Shown: positions 38,095-51,337 of the stretch, piece by piece
Layout: each line of letters starts with the position of its first letter
Numbering within the stretch: position 1 is the first letter of the stretch
From: Mobula hypostoma
Lineage: Eukaryota
DNA length: 64,000 nt
Direction of reading: 5' to 3'
Assembly (NCBI RefSeq): GCF_963921235.1
Contig: NC_086109.1
Location: forward strand, 13,146,001 to 13,210,000
Notes under the pieces: generated by a model
Databases searched by the model: none
Seen by the model: the letters and a program-made list of their open reading frames with translations, nothing else
Told to the model about the DNA's origin: nothing
Translations under genes and position numbers: made by a program

Positions 38095-39206
38095 TAGGCT
38101 TATTCAGAAAATCAGAAGGCATGGGATCCAGGGAAGTTTGGCCAGGTGGATTCAGAATTGGCTTGCCTGCAGAAGGCAGAGGGTGGTGGTGGAGGGAGTA
38201 CATTCAGATTGGAGGATGTGACTAGTGGTGTCCCACAAGGATCTGTTCTGGGACCTCTACTGTTCATGATTCTTATTAACGACCTGGATGTCGGGGTAGA
38301 AGGGTGGGTTGGTAAGTTTGCAGATGACACAAAGGTTGGTGGTGTTGTAGATAGTGTAAAGGATTGTTGAAGATTGCAGAGAGACATTGATAGGATGCAG
38401 AACTGGGCTGAGAAGTGGCAGGTGGAGTTCAACCCAGAGAAGTGTGAGGTGGTACACTTTGGAAGGACAAACTCCAAGGCAGAGTACAAAGTAAATGGCA
38501 GGATACTTGGTGGTGTGGAGGAGCAGAGGGATCTTGGGGTACATGTCCACAGATCCCTGAAAGTTGTCTCACAGGTAGATAGGGTAGTTAAGAAAGCTTA
38601 TGGGGTGTTAGCTTTCATAAGTCGAGGGATAGAGTTTAAGAGTCGCGAGGTAATGATGCAGCTCTATAAAACTCTGGTTAGGCCACACTTGGAGTACTGT
38701 GTCCTGTTCTGGTCGCCTCACTATAGGAAGGATGTGGAAGCATTGGAAAGGGTACAAAGGAGATTTACCAGGATGCTGCCTGGTTTAGAGAGTATACATT
38801 ATGATCAGAGATTAAGGGAGCTAGGGCTTTACTCTTTGGAGAGAAGGAGGATGAGAGGAGACATGATAGGGGTATACAAGATATTAAGAGGAATAGATAG
38901 AGTGGATAGCCAGCACCTCTTCCCCAGGGCACCACTGCTCAATACAAGAGGACATGGCTTTAAGGTAAGGAGTGGGAAGTTCAAGGGGGATACTAGAGGA
39001 AGGTTTTTTACTCAGAGAGTAGTTGGTGCGAGGAATGCACTGCTTGAGTCAGTGGTGGAGGCAGATACACTAGTGAAATTTAAGAGACTACTAGACAGGT
39101 ATATGGAGGAATTTAAGGTGGGAGGTTATATAGGAGGCAGGGTTTGAGGGTCAGCACAACATTGTGGGCTGAAGGGCCTGTACTGTGCTGTACTATTCCA
39201 TGTTCT
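38095..39206 (+). mobile_element. CR1 LINE 3' fragment, young
   Basis: [20 protein letters not shown] and RPHLEYC..FWSP motifs, with an uninterrupted 257-aa C-terminal frame. Confidence 0.92.
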
Positions 39207-42027
39207 AAATATTCCCCACTTACATAATTACTCCTGGCATAATTTACATATTACTATTTAACTATTTATGGTTTTATTACTATTTAATTATTTATGGTGC
39301 AACTGTAACGAAAACCAATTTCCCCTGGGATCAATAAAGTATGACTACGACTATGACTACACGTTGACTCTTTGTTGAGTAATCCAGTACTCTCCAAGTA
39401 GTCTCAAGTAAGCAATGATCACTGGCAATTTGGTATTCAATTGTGGAGGTCAAGGCACTTTCACCTCCAAGCGTTTGAGCCACATCTAAATAAGTTCCAG
39501 TATGGGGTAGCAGGATAAATTGTCAGAACCTGGCATTCACCAGAAATGAAATCCAAACAATTCTTTTTCTGGCTCATATACTCACCGGATGAACTTCCCG
39601 AACTAGCTACATTCAAAGTTCAAAATAAATATATTATCGAATTGTGCATATGTTGCCATATAATACTATGAGATCCATTTCCTTGCAAGCATTTACAGGA
39701 AAAAGAATACAATGGAATCTACACAAGACTCTCAAAGTCCAACCCTACGTCCCTGTGGTGAGAAGTGGAAATGGGTAAGGCCAGCCAACAGAGCTCGGGT
39801 GAAACTGTATAGGCCAATCTCCTGTAGAGTGGATGCAATGGATTGCAGAAGCATTGATGAACTCCAACCATGTCATTAACTTCAGAGGACGATGGAGGCG
39901 AGAGGTCGTCAATGGTCTATGCTCCACAGGGAGCTAAAGGCCCAAGCAAGCAAGAATCTACACAAGACCATACATAAACAAAGATGACAGACCGTGCAAA
40001 GAAGGACAAAATAACAATGAGAACATGAGTTGGAAAGAATCTGTGAAAGTGAGGCTTTTAGAATCAGTTCTGAGTTACGGTGAGTGAAGTTATCCACGCC
40101 AGTTCGGGAGACTGATGTCTATAGAGTCATAACACTTCATGAATCTGGTGAAGTGAGACCTGCCTCCAAAATACTGTGCCTGATTATGGATAGAATTAGC
40201 TCCCCTTTATGGTTGCAAAAGTCCAGGTGATAATATACAAAGCATTGAACATTTTAGTACAAGAACAGGCCCTTCAGCCCACAATGTTGTGCCAAACTAA
40301 CTAATTTAGGAACCAAATGTTCACTATACACATTCACCTTGTAAGGGTCTCAGGATTCCTTGCATTAATAAATAAGAAGCCAGACGTCGAAACAGAAAGT
40401 GCTGGAATTTCTCAGCAGGTCACATTGTATCAGTGGGAAGAGAAACAGTCGGTGTTTCAGGTGAAAGAACCTTCATCAGAGAAGTAAAGAATCATAGATT
40501 ACTACATCACAGAATGGGCCCTTTGGCCCATCTAGTCTGTGATGAACTGTTTTTTCTGCCCATCAACCTGCATCTGGACCATAGCCCCCCATACCCCTCC
40601 CATTCACATTCTTATGCTAATTTATCTTTAACGTTGCAATAAAATCAGAATGAGAGTCAGGTTTAAAATGACTGGCATATGCCATCGAAACTTGTTGTTA
40701 TGCAGTGGCAGTTCATTGCAATACACAACAATGAAAACTGCAAATTACAGTAAGAAATATATATATTTTAAAAAGTTAAGTACGTGGTGAAAAAAGAGAA
40801 AAAAAAGTAAGAGGTAATGTTCATGGGTTCAATGTCCATCTGATGGCAGAGGGGAAGAAGCTGTTCCTGAATCATTAAATGTGTGATTTCAGGCTCCTGT
40901 ATCTCCTCCCTAATGGGAGCAATGAGAAGAAGGCATGTCCTGGATGATGGGGGTCTTAAATGATGGATGTTGCCTTTTTGATTGCTCCTTGAAGATGTCT
41001 TGTATGCTGGGGAGGCTTGTGTCCATGATGGAGCTGACTGAGTTTAGAACTTTCTGCAGCTTATTTCAATCTTGTGTGGTGCCTCCTCTCCGCCTCCCCC
41101 CCATACCGGATGACAATGTGCCCGCATCCTCCACTTCCACTGACAGCTCTTGTATTTTTGTGAAGTAGGAGCCTAACTCTTGTATTTAGCTCGGAGCTGT
41201 TCTTTCTGCAAATAAAGTGGCCTGACTGCCAGAAATAACTCAAAAACAAAGCCCAATGGCTGCAAATCCAGGAGTCTGTCAAAGACGTTCTGTCCTTGGA
41301 TTGGAGGGCTGTGTGGGTGGGTGGGTGTCAGAGGGGGATGAAGGAGATTTGCTTTGCTATTGTTGCTTTGTTGCCTGGTTCTATTTTGTTATGTGCTGTG
41401 TAGTTCTGCTGGACATTGTGGGCACGCTATGTTTGTGCCAGAAGGTGCAGTAACACTTGTGGACTGCCCCAGCACATTCTTGGGTGTGTTGATTGTTAAT
41501 GCGAATTACATAGTTCTCTATATATTTCCATGTACATGTGATAACTAAATCTGAATCTGAAATCTGAAGTACTTGCAAGCAGCCAGGTGCCCAACTTTGA
41601 GCCAGTTTTGGTCTGAGATTTGGGTACATCATGTTGACAGCACCCTGTGTGTGGTCCAAGACTGAGCCAACTTTGGGAACATCATGTTGACAGCACTGTG
41701 TGTGGGGCTCCCATATTGGCCCAAGAGTGCCTGAAGCAAATTCAAACCACCATGCTTCTAAAACACTATTCTCCATCGCTCTTTCTCCTCTAACGGGGCA
41801 GATGGGAGAATCATAGGTATAGACGTTAGGTGCTGACTGAGACTCCATTGCTGCAGTCATGTGAGCAAGCCAGTGGCTTTGCAGCATTTACAGTGAGAGC
41901 TCATAAACTCTTGCCTTTGGCTTAGCAGTAGATCTCAGCCTCTGGTTCAGAAGATTGAAGAAGTGAAGCCCTATTTCCAACCTATGGAGACCAAAGTTCC
42001 CGAAACATCGACAGTGCTCTTTTCCGG

Positions 42028-42602
42028 ATGAAACGCTCTGGTTCCATTGCCTGTGCAGGTCTAGGGAAGACAACCTCTGGCCCTGGCAAACGTATGAGAC
42101 TGAGTTGCAAGCCCACCCTGAAACTTCCCGGTTTGTGTTGATACTGCACGATCCGTTACCCTGTACCATGAAATAACGGACAGTACACCACATACAATTA
42201 AACTTACAAATAGATTTATAATTCTTAATTCAACTAAAGAGTTAGTGAAGAAAAAGCAAAAAAAAAGAAATGGTCGATTTTAATGAAACAGTCTAATGTG
42301 CACAAGTTGGAGCTCGCAGTTTCCCCTTCCCCGATCCTCCTTCGATCTCCCCGGGCTTTGTCGAATCATGATCCCGCTCTGGGTTGGGCCCTACGACCTT
42401 TTCTCTCCGGCATCTTCTCCCTTCATCTCCAACCGAACAAAGGACCCTGTTCACACCGGCGTCAAGCACACAACACAAAAACGCACTCTCCTCATTGGAC
42501 GGCTCACATTCCAAAGCACCCGTTATTACTAACCATAACCCAAACACTGCTTCTACAGAAAGACCATTATGTTAGCAGTGAAACCTTTCCCAGGGTGTTA
42601 CA
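42028..42602. mobile_element. Possible solo LTR splitting a Penelope-end fragment
   Basis: TGAAACGCTCTGG...CCAGGGTGTTACA imperfect inverted termini. The host repeat resumes on both sides; the TSD is poor. Confidence 0.45.
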
Positions 42603-43148
42603 CATAGATGCTGCCTGACCTGCTGAATTCCTCCAGCATTTTGTGTGTGTTCCAAAGTTTCAGCTTGGGATTCTGGATTTATTTCATGGATATCCCATAC
42701 TCACCTCCAATTGTTGTATTGATTGTGGAAGCTCATGCAACTCACTAAGTAAAATCGACTAACTCATATGGTTGGTAGAATGGTTATTTTAACAAATTCA
42801 GGAAGGCATTGTGACCTCTGGGTGGCGGGGTGGCGATACGTCTGTACCAAAGGAGGTGGAAGGGGCTCCTTCCCTCCACTAGCCTGTAGGTCACCCCTGA
42901 ATAGTTGTAGCACGTACTTAGCCACCCTGATCAGGCTCACATGAAGCTGTGGGAGCAGCTGGTGCATATCACAAATCCAGGTTATGCGACCATTGACGCC
43001 AGGCAGAGAATCTCTGAAGAATATTGGTAACGGCTGTGGTCACCCATCTTGTAAAGACACTGCCCTGAAGAAGACAATGGCAATCAACTTCTTTAGAAAA
43101 ATTTGCCGATAACAAACATAGTCATGGAAAGACCATGATGACCTACGT

Positions 43149-45945
43149 CAGTGATTCCCAACGGGCGTTAGAGGAAACAGAAGCTGTCAGGGGGCATTCA
43201 AGATTCTTGGTGGGTAGGTGGGGAGCGGTAAGTGGCACCTTAGCTTAAGGCACGAGACTTGACTGACCATTAGTAGAGGAAGCACTTCCAAAAAAAAGGA
43301 TGATGTACTAGAACACAGGAAGAACCAAAGCTCTGCAGGTGGTGAGCACACGGTATCACAACCCGACTGAAACTCGGCGATCTCATCCAACCTTACCAAC
43401 CAAACAGACATTATTGGGGATGCAAAAATTAGCAACCAGGGTGCCCAACAGTTCCGCTTGACTCACAGCATGGAATGAGTTCATGCAATTTACAGTTGGT
43501 AAGTCAAGTTCACCCTCTCAACTTTCTCTACAAATCTACGGAAAACAGGTCGCGCAACAATAGAGCTCGAACAGTGAAAAAGAGCCAATCAATGAACCTA
43601 CTGACCCCAAGGTGTTCAAAACAACTTTGGCTTCATATGTGAGATCAATAACCATTTTTATGAGACCTTATGTGATTGGTCACTCACGCAAGCAGCAATT
43701 GTATAAAGGTAACTTGCCGAACACCAGCTCTATCCCAACTAACATTCAGATTCCAGTCTGAGTCCTTGTCAATGTAAATTTCGCTGTTGTGACCATCATC
43801 TTCGCCTCGCCATTCCTTTGCATGTCGCTACCATCGTTCCATCTGTGTCAACTTGCTTCCATCATCAACATCCAATAGGCATTCTAAGGTCGTGCTAATT
43901 TTTTATTTTAATGTAGCCCCATTAATAATGGATAAATGGATCTCAGTGAGTCGGAAGGCAGTGAAGCCTTGAATTCTAACCCTGTTAAGAAACAGAAACT
44001 ACAGAAAGTGCATCAATACGATGTTACATACCTGGAGTATGGTTTCATTCTGTTCCCATCAGATTAACAATCCCCCCATGTGTCTTATTTGTAATACTGT
44101 ACTGTCTAATGAATCCATGAAACCATCGGATTTGCAGGAACACATCCGTAAAAGACATCCTGAAAAGGCTACTCAGTTCCAGAAGATGAAAGAAGCATTT
44201 GCAAAGCATTGCACGCTCAAGCTATTTGCCAAGAAAGATAAAAATGACCTTGACAGTGGTCACATTGCTTCTTATAACATTTCCAAAATGATAGCAAAGT
44301 GTGGAAAATCTCATACAGTTGGTGAAAGATTAATAATACCTGCTGTATCGAAAGTACTCACCACAGTTCTCAAAATGGACACCTGTATTTTAAAATCAAT
44401 TCCTCTGTGTAATAACTCTGTAGCTCATTGTATTGATGAAATGAGTGAAGATACTGAGTATCAACTATGCACAGAACATGGGATGCAACTGGATGAGTCA
44501 ACTGTGTGAGACAATGAGGCATTGCTAATAGCATTATGTACAGGTTATCAAAAATGGAATGTTTATGAACAGAATCTCTTTTGGTAAAAAGATAAAAACA
44601 AATATCAATGGAGAATGAATCTGTGATGAATTTAAAATGTATATTGAGGATAAAGGTATTCCGATCAGAAACATGATTTCTTTTGCAACAGATGGAGCAC
44701 CATATACGACAGATCACCATGCTGGTTTAGTGGCATTTCTGAAAAAAGAAATTCCAGGTCTGTTTGCAATCCATTTTGTAATTCATCATCAACATCTCAC
44801 AGCCAGAAACCTCAACCGGCGACTTTTCCCCCCAAGTATGACTCTTGTAATGTCTTCTATCAACAAAATTAAAGCTCATCCATTAAATAGCAGAATATTT
44901 CACCAGTTATGCCAACATAATGATGAAGAGTTTGAACGCTTGCTTCTTCACACTGAAGTGCGTTGGCTGTCAAAAGGCTGCTGCTTAAAATGTTTCTTTG
45001 ATCTTTTTGACATTGTGATTGAATTTTTGCTCAAAGTTGACAAGAGCCTGAATAACAAGATTGAACTTCTACCTGGAGATGTGGCATACCTAGCCGATCT
45101 GTATGACAAAATGGACATCCGAAATATGAAACTACAGGGTGAAAATTTCAATTTAATCCAGGCAAAAAAATGCAGTTCACTTTTATTGGAAAATTGGAAA
45201 TATATAAGCAAAGCATTAGGGGAAGAATATTCTCACAGTTTCCTTGCATGGAAAGTATGGTACTCTCTTTGACAGGTGGTGATTTGGAAGAGCACTGCTT
45301 ACACCTGCAGTCACTGAAGATGATTTTCAGAATCAATTCAAGGATTTGAACAATCTGGAAATTCCAGACTGGGTATTTAACCCATTTCTTTACAAGGTGG
45401 AAGAACAGGAAGAGAGCTTGCAAGAAGAAATAATCAAAATTCGAAATGAAGAAGAAACAAAAATGCTTTTCAAAAATGTTGGCTTTTGTGGCATGTGGCT
45501 ATATTGTCATACAAATTTTCCTGGTCTTTGAGGAAGAGCCAAATTGCTCTTCATTGCATTTCTACCCTCCTACCTTGTTGAAAGAGGCTTCAGTGCAGCA
45601 AACCACAGTCAGAAAAAAAACAGAAGCCACTCGGACATTGGTACGTGTAGGACCTTCAGGCTTTTGCTGTGACGACTTGAACCAGATATTTCAACTCTTG
45701 CTACAGCCCATCAAGCTACATCTCAATGATATTGAAGCTGCTGTACAGCACACAGATACTGTGTAAACTAGGATTAAAAAGACAAATAAAAATTTAAAGC
45801 AGAATCATTTTTCTCATGTTAGTATATGGTAGACAGGTTTTTAGACTATGGGGCCACTGGAAAGTACTTTGTGCCAAGAGGGGCACTGGCAAGTATGAAG
45901 GTGCTTTAGGGGGGGCATTAGGCTGAAAAAGGTTGGGAAACACTG
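43149..45945 (+). mobile_element. hAT (Buster/Charlie-type) DNA transposon, near full length, decayed
   Basis: TIRs cagtgattcccaac / gttgggaaacactg. Degenerate 8-bp TSD accTAcgt / gcccatgt. It interrupts a SINE-like repeat whose uninterrupted form is at about 25697-26075. Confidence 0.88.
43928..45720 (+). pseudogene. hAT transposase pseudogene (BED zinc finger and DDE domains)
   Basis: Motifs PMCLICNTVLSNESMKPS, KSHTVGERLIIPA, QLDEST, ATDGAP, LLLHTEVRWLSKG and DVAYLADL, broken by several frameshifts and stops. Confidence 0.88.
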
Positions 45946-46289
45946 GCCCATGTCATACGACATGGCTCAGAATGAATGAGGAATTGTGATCTGCCAGACT
46001 GTGAAATCCTCCAGTCATTGAAGTCACAATACAAAAATTACAGTAATGCTTTAGCACAACATCAGGCCATTTGGTCCAACCAGTATGTGCTGATATGACT
46101 CTTCCAAGTGAGGGAACAAAGTCATAGCTTTCCTTTATCATACAAAATAGTCAATGCGTATACAGTAAGTTCCCAGAAGTATAACTATATTGGTTCCATT
46201 TCATCCAGAAAGTGAGTCAGCATGGAAATTTTACTGCATGGATTCAGATTGAGTTTGCCCACATGAGGTTAATAGATAGAGCGTATTCT

Positions 46290-47245
46290 GCCTGGAGGTT
46301 CAGACTCGTGGTGCTCTGCTGGTATCTGTTCTGTGACCCCCATCTCTTTGTCATTTTTATAAATGACTTGGATGCGAAAGTGGAGGGATGAGTTAGAAAG
46401 TTTGCAGATAACACAAAGGTTGGAGGTGTTGTGCATGGTGTAGATGGTTGTCATGGGTTACATCAGGATGCGGAGCTAGGTAGAGAAGTGGCAGATGGAG
46501 TTTAACCCAGAAAAGCATTGAATTGATACACTTTAGAAGACTGAATGTAAAGGCAGAGTACTTCATTAATGGAAAGTTCTTAGCAGTGTGGATGAACAGA
46601 GAGAGCTCGGTCCAGATGCATCGATTCCTCAAAGTTGCCACACAAGTTGAAAGAGTGGTTAAGAAAGCATGTGGTATGCTGGTCTTTATTAAGTGGGAGA
46701 TTGAGTTCAAGAGCCACTAGGTAATGTTGTAGCACTATAAAACTCCAAGCTTAGAATATCGTGTTCAGTCCTGGTCACCTCATTTATAGGAAGGATGTGG
46801 ATGCTTTAGAGAGGATGCTGCTTGAATTAAAGCAAAGGTTGAGCGATCTAGGAATTTTCCCTTTGGAGTGAAGGAGGATAAGAGGCAGCTTGATAGAGGA
46901 GTTTAAGATTATGAGAGGCATAACTAGACTGGACAGCCAGTGTCTTTTTCCCAGGGTGGCAATTACCAATTCCATTGGACAAACATTTAAAGTGAGTGGA
47001 GGGAAAATTAGGGGGGATTTCAGAGGCAGTGTTGTTTTTACAGGAAGTGGTAGGTGCCTGGAACGCATTGCCAGGGTGATGGTAGAGGCTGATACAATGA
47101 GGATATTTCAGAGACTCTTAGATAGGCACATGGATGGAAGAAATCTGTGTCGGAGGGAAGCGTTAGATTCATCATGGTGAAGTTTATATATTTTGGCACA
47201 TTAGCTTGTGCCAAACAGCCTGCACTACGTTATGTTCTCTCCTGT
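46290..47245 (+). mobile_element. CR1 LINE 3' fragment, decayed
   Basis: Collinear similarity with 38220-39200. Confidence 0.8.
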
Positions 47246-48690
47246 TCTGAAGACACCCCTCTCCCCCTTTACTGGTTCCTTTATCAACTTCCAGCATAAA
47301 ATTTCTCAACATTGACGCCGTTTCAGTCTGATTTTTTGACACTGGTGGTGAACTCCACAAATCTCTGCCAAGTGGTTTCTGCTGCCATTTGCTCCAAATG
47401 GCTGTTTCTGATGCAAAATTCTATTCCCCAACTAAATTGTACTGCAAGACAGAAATGCCTTGCTTCTCCTCAATCAACCTCAATGTGAAATGGTTTTTTT
47501 AATCCAAGTGTCATTTCCCAAGCCCATTTATGCTTCACAGCTTTGTCAGTGTACACACATGGTCCATTTGACACTACTAGATGCTAAAAGCAACAAATTC
47601 TTTCAGGTTTTTCTTTCATTTTTTATTCTTTGCTGTATAAACCCATCCACAAACACCCTGTGATAAAAGTAACATGCATCATACTTCAGAGTAGTAACTA
47701 TAATAAATAATTAGCTTCACCCACCAGTAGAAACTATATTTTTTTTAAATAATTTTTCTTTGTGCAAAATTGGACCGTAAAATGTCTGACAAACCAGTGT
47801 GAATCAGAAATAGGGCACATTAAATAAACAGACACTGTAAATGACACAACTACAGACATTAAAATTATCTTTTAAACACAAGGACAATACAGTTTAATAT
47901 AGCATTAGGAAATTTAGTGTGTATGACTCTATGACGTATTTATTCTAGGGTAAATAATGTAGAACATTAATTAATTGAGGTCCATTCCAAGACCTGAAAT
48001 CACAATCAATGATGATATTTCAGTTCAGTTCTGCTTGATTAAGAGCTTTGAACTGCCAGAGGTCCCAGCATGTGACAAAGGCATTAATCGAAGGCAGCAT
48101 CAGTTTGCTTAGGTGGATAAGAAACAGAAGGCAATGAATGGTTTGTCTTTCTGCTTCCTTAACCTACCTTCAACCTCAATCAGCTTGATTAACTAACAAC
48201 TCTGTAAACCTTGCTGTGCAGAATATTGTGACTCCATTTTATTTCTTTGTTCTGCTGTGAATGCCCAGAAGAAAATGAATCTCAGGGTAGTATACGATGA
48301 CATATACGTACTTTGATAATAAATTTACTTTGAAGTTGAACTTTTGTTGTCCTATTTGACCACAAGGAAGGTTCAATGGCTTGCAAAAAAAATTCTCTCG
48401 GCTATCCCAAGGATTTACAAGTCCTTTCCTTCTTCATTAGCCGGCCGTTGTTCATTTTTGACAGGGAATAGTTCTGTAGACATTTACCATGGGAGGGTAA
48501 AGGGTTAAGCAATGTCCATGGTAATGTGAAAATTACTTATGATTTTGGATATCTCCAAAGCAGCTGACCAGCCTCTGATGGCTAACAGGTCACCTTCTGA
48601 GTGCTTATATCTTCATTTGCCTCTTGCTATTAATGTTGTAAGCATCTGCATCAACAAATGAACAGTTGAAAGTCTACCTCTTTCTAGACC

Positions 48691-48821
48691 TTAACACGTT
48701 ATCACGAGTGAGTTTTTCATGACCTGTTGAGTGTCTCTTTGAGATGAATTTTTGTCCAGCAATTCACAGGACACCAACTCCTTGTGGAGCACATTCAACA
48801 TGTCCAAGGAGGCCATCATTA
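48691..48821 (-). CDS. Unrecognised coiled-coil protein gene, terminal coding exon F
   Basis: cttgttttacag|TA ATG... encodes VMMASLDMLNVLHKELVSCELLDKNSSQRDTQQVMKNSLVITC followed by TAA at 48693-48691. Candidate minus-strand AATAAA signals lie at about 48238-48243 and 47939-47944. Confidence 0.85.
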
Positions 48822-48917
48822 CTGTAAAACAAGATGTAACAAAAAATGTTAACCAAAGTAGAAATTAAACCAGCCGTCTCTGCATTGCAAATTGACTCAC
48901 TGCTGCAACCTGCTCAC

Positions 48918-48987
48918 CTTGTCCTCCACTGTAACAACTGTCCAAAGTGTTCAGTAAGATTTTTCCCAGTGCTCGTCTTGATATATT
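48918..48987 (-). CDS. Unrecognised coiled-coil protein gene, exon E (70 bp)
   Basis: cttgcctatag|AAT...CAAG|gtgagc. Encodes NISRRALGKILLNTLDSCYSGGQ; phase 0 to 1; followed by a 96-bp intron. Confidence 0.85.
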
Positions 48988-50384
48988 CTATAGGCAAGAT
49001 AAAGGGAAAATACAATTTGGAATGTAGAGTATCAATGCTAAGAAAGAGGGGTGGAAACATTAGGAAGTCAGAGTACTGACATCACTTACATCCATTGACT
49101 TTGACAGAACTACCAGCACCAAAATATGGACAGCAATATCTTCAGTACTTTGCAGTATATAACTAGGGCGTCTGAGATCTTTGCACAGTACTGCTGTAGC
49201 TTCATGTACTGCACTGTACTGCTGCCACACAAAATAAAACAAATTTCATGACTATGTGTATGAATAATGATAAGCCTGATTCTGATATAGGTCTCCATTG
49301 TGGACTGAGAGTGAGAATGGGGCAGGGACAGGGGAATCCTGGTTGGGACAAAGGGAAGGGAGAGAGGATGGAGCGGGAGACATTCTGTAATGATCAATAA
49401 GCAAATTGTTTGGAATCAAATGACCTTGCCTGGTGTCTCAGGGCTGGGTGTGTCTGCACCCACGTCATTACCCGCCGTGACCCCTTCTCTGCCACCTGTT
49501 CTACAATTGCCTCTGATCTGGGCCGACATTTACGTGCCGGGCGGCACCTAATTAATTAGCTTGTTTATTTCGGCTTTTTTCTTAAAGATGTGCTGGGTGC
49601 GTTCCGGCCACTGCTGCATTCTTCGAAGCATTGTATCGGTCCGCAGCCCAGAGGTTGGGGTCTGCTGCCTCAGAGTAGTGACCAGAAATGTACATAATAC
49701 TTTGTGTGACTTAATCAGTGTTTTGAAAAATTGCAACGTGACACCGAATTTGAGTCTGAATCCTAGTCTGCTGGAGGCTGTAGGCCAAAGAAAATGGCCT
49801 TTCCTGGGGTTAGAGTATTGTGTATGCATGTGAGTGGGATGGAAGGAAAGGGCTTGTTTTGCTGTTGTTGTTTTGTTTCTTGTTCTGTTCTGTTTTGTTT
49901 CTGTTGTGTTCCATATAGTTCTGCCGAGCATTGTAGGCATGTTACGTTGGCATCAGAATGTGTGGCGACACTTCTGGTCTCCCCCACCAGAACACTCTTG
50001 GTTGTGTTGGTTGTTAATGCAAACATCTTATTTCATTGTATGTTTCGATGTACACACGACAAATAAACCTGAATCTTGATCTTGATCCCTTTATTCTAAG
50101 CCTCGTCCTATGAAGGCAAAGATATTCAGCCTATTTTATCTGCTGCAGTCATTCAATTAATCCAATTAATTTCATTCTTACGGAGGTGTTACCAGCAGAA
50201 GCAAAATCAGTATGCAACATTGCAAAAGCAATGTGAATTCTGAAAACCTGTAATAAAAATGGCAAATATTGTAAATATTCTTATTTGAATCTGCAATTAT
50301 TCTGGACTTGAACCGAATCTGGAAGGCGATAACATGTCTCAATGGATGATAGGTCCTGTTTCTCAACTAGAGTTACATAGAATG

Positions 50385-50830
50385 CAGGAAAGGACAGCAC
50401 AATAAAGGCCCTTTAGCCCAGGATATTGTGCCGACCTTTTAAACTACTCCGAGATCAATCTAGCCCTTCCTTCCCATACAGTCCTCTATTTCTCTTCCAT
50501 CCTTTTTCCTATCCAGGACTCTCTGTAAATGTTCATAATGTACCTGCCGCTACCATCACTTCAAGCAGCATATTTGAAGCGCCTACCTCTCATTCCCTCC
50601 CAACACTTTAAATTGTGCCCCCTTCTATTAACCATTTCCACCCTGGGTAAAAGTATTTGGTTGTACACTTGATCTAGGCTTCTTATCATCTTGTATACCT
50701 CTATCAGGTCACCTCTTATCTTCCTTCTCTCCAGAGATAAAAGCCCTAACTCGCTCAACCTATCCTCATAAAACATGTTTTCTAATCCAGGCATCATCCT
50801 GGTAAATGTCCTCTGCACCTTCTCCAAAGG
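50385..50830 (-). mobile_element. CR1 LINE 3' fragment
   Basis: Peptide EKVQRTFTRMMPGLE...RGDLIEVYKM. Confidence 0.8.
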
Positions 50831-51178
50831 CTGCAGAACGAGAGGTAGGTTATTAACTGGGTTTCCCTCTGTTTACAATCATGGGCTACGCACCCACACT
50901 TTTCTGTATCCATTCCCTCCCCCACCTGGAAGGTGTGCAATCAGCTGTACTGTAAGCTAACTGAAACCGGTCCTGGGCTTGAAACAGAACGACAAGTCTG
51001 ACAGAGGGAGGGGAATGATCAGTCTTTAATGAAGGTTAAAACACACAATCTGCCAGCACAAATGAGATGAAATGTCCTTCAGGAGAGGAACCCCCTGAAG
51101 GATTTAATCTAATCCTATAGACACGAATTAGATCAAGTTAACAGGAAATATTCTTCTGGGAAGGTCAGAGATAATTAC

Positions 51179-51337
51179 CAGCAGTCGCAGCTGTTGCAAA
51201 AGCTGTAGGACATCGGTCAGCTTCTCCTCCACCAGTGAGAGCCTTACGCGATCGGCTTCAACCATCTGCACTTCCATCCGCAGCATCTCCACCTCCTCCC
51301 CCTTCAGCTGAAGCTCCTTTGTCGTTGAACAAGCTAA
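51179..51337 (-). CDS. Unrecognised coiled-coil protein gene, exon D (159 bp)
   Basis: tctctctttgcag|TTA...CTG|gtaatt. Encodes [53 protein letters not shown], with a heptad-like pattern; phase 0 to 0. Confidence 0.88.

Noticed and set aside
44021..45272. Domesticated ZBED/Buster-derived host gene
   Set aside because: Multiple frameshifts and stops with retained TIRs indicate a dead transposon.
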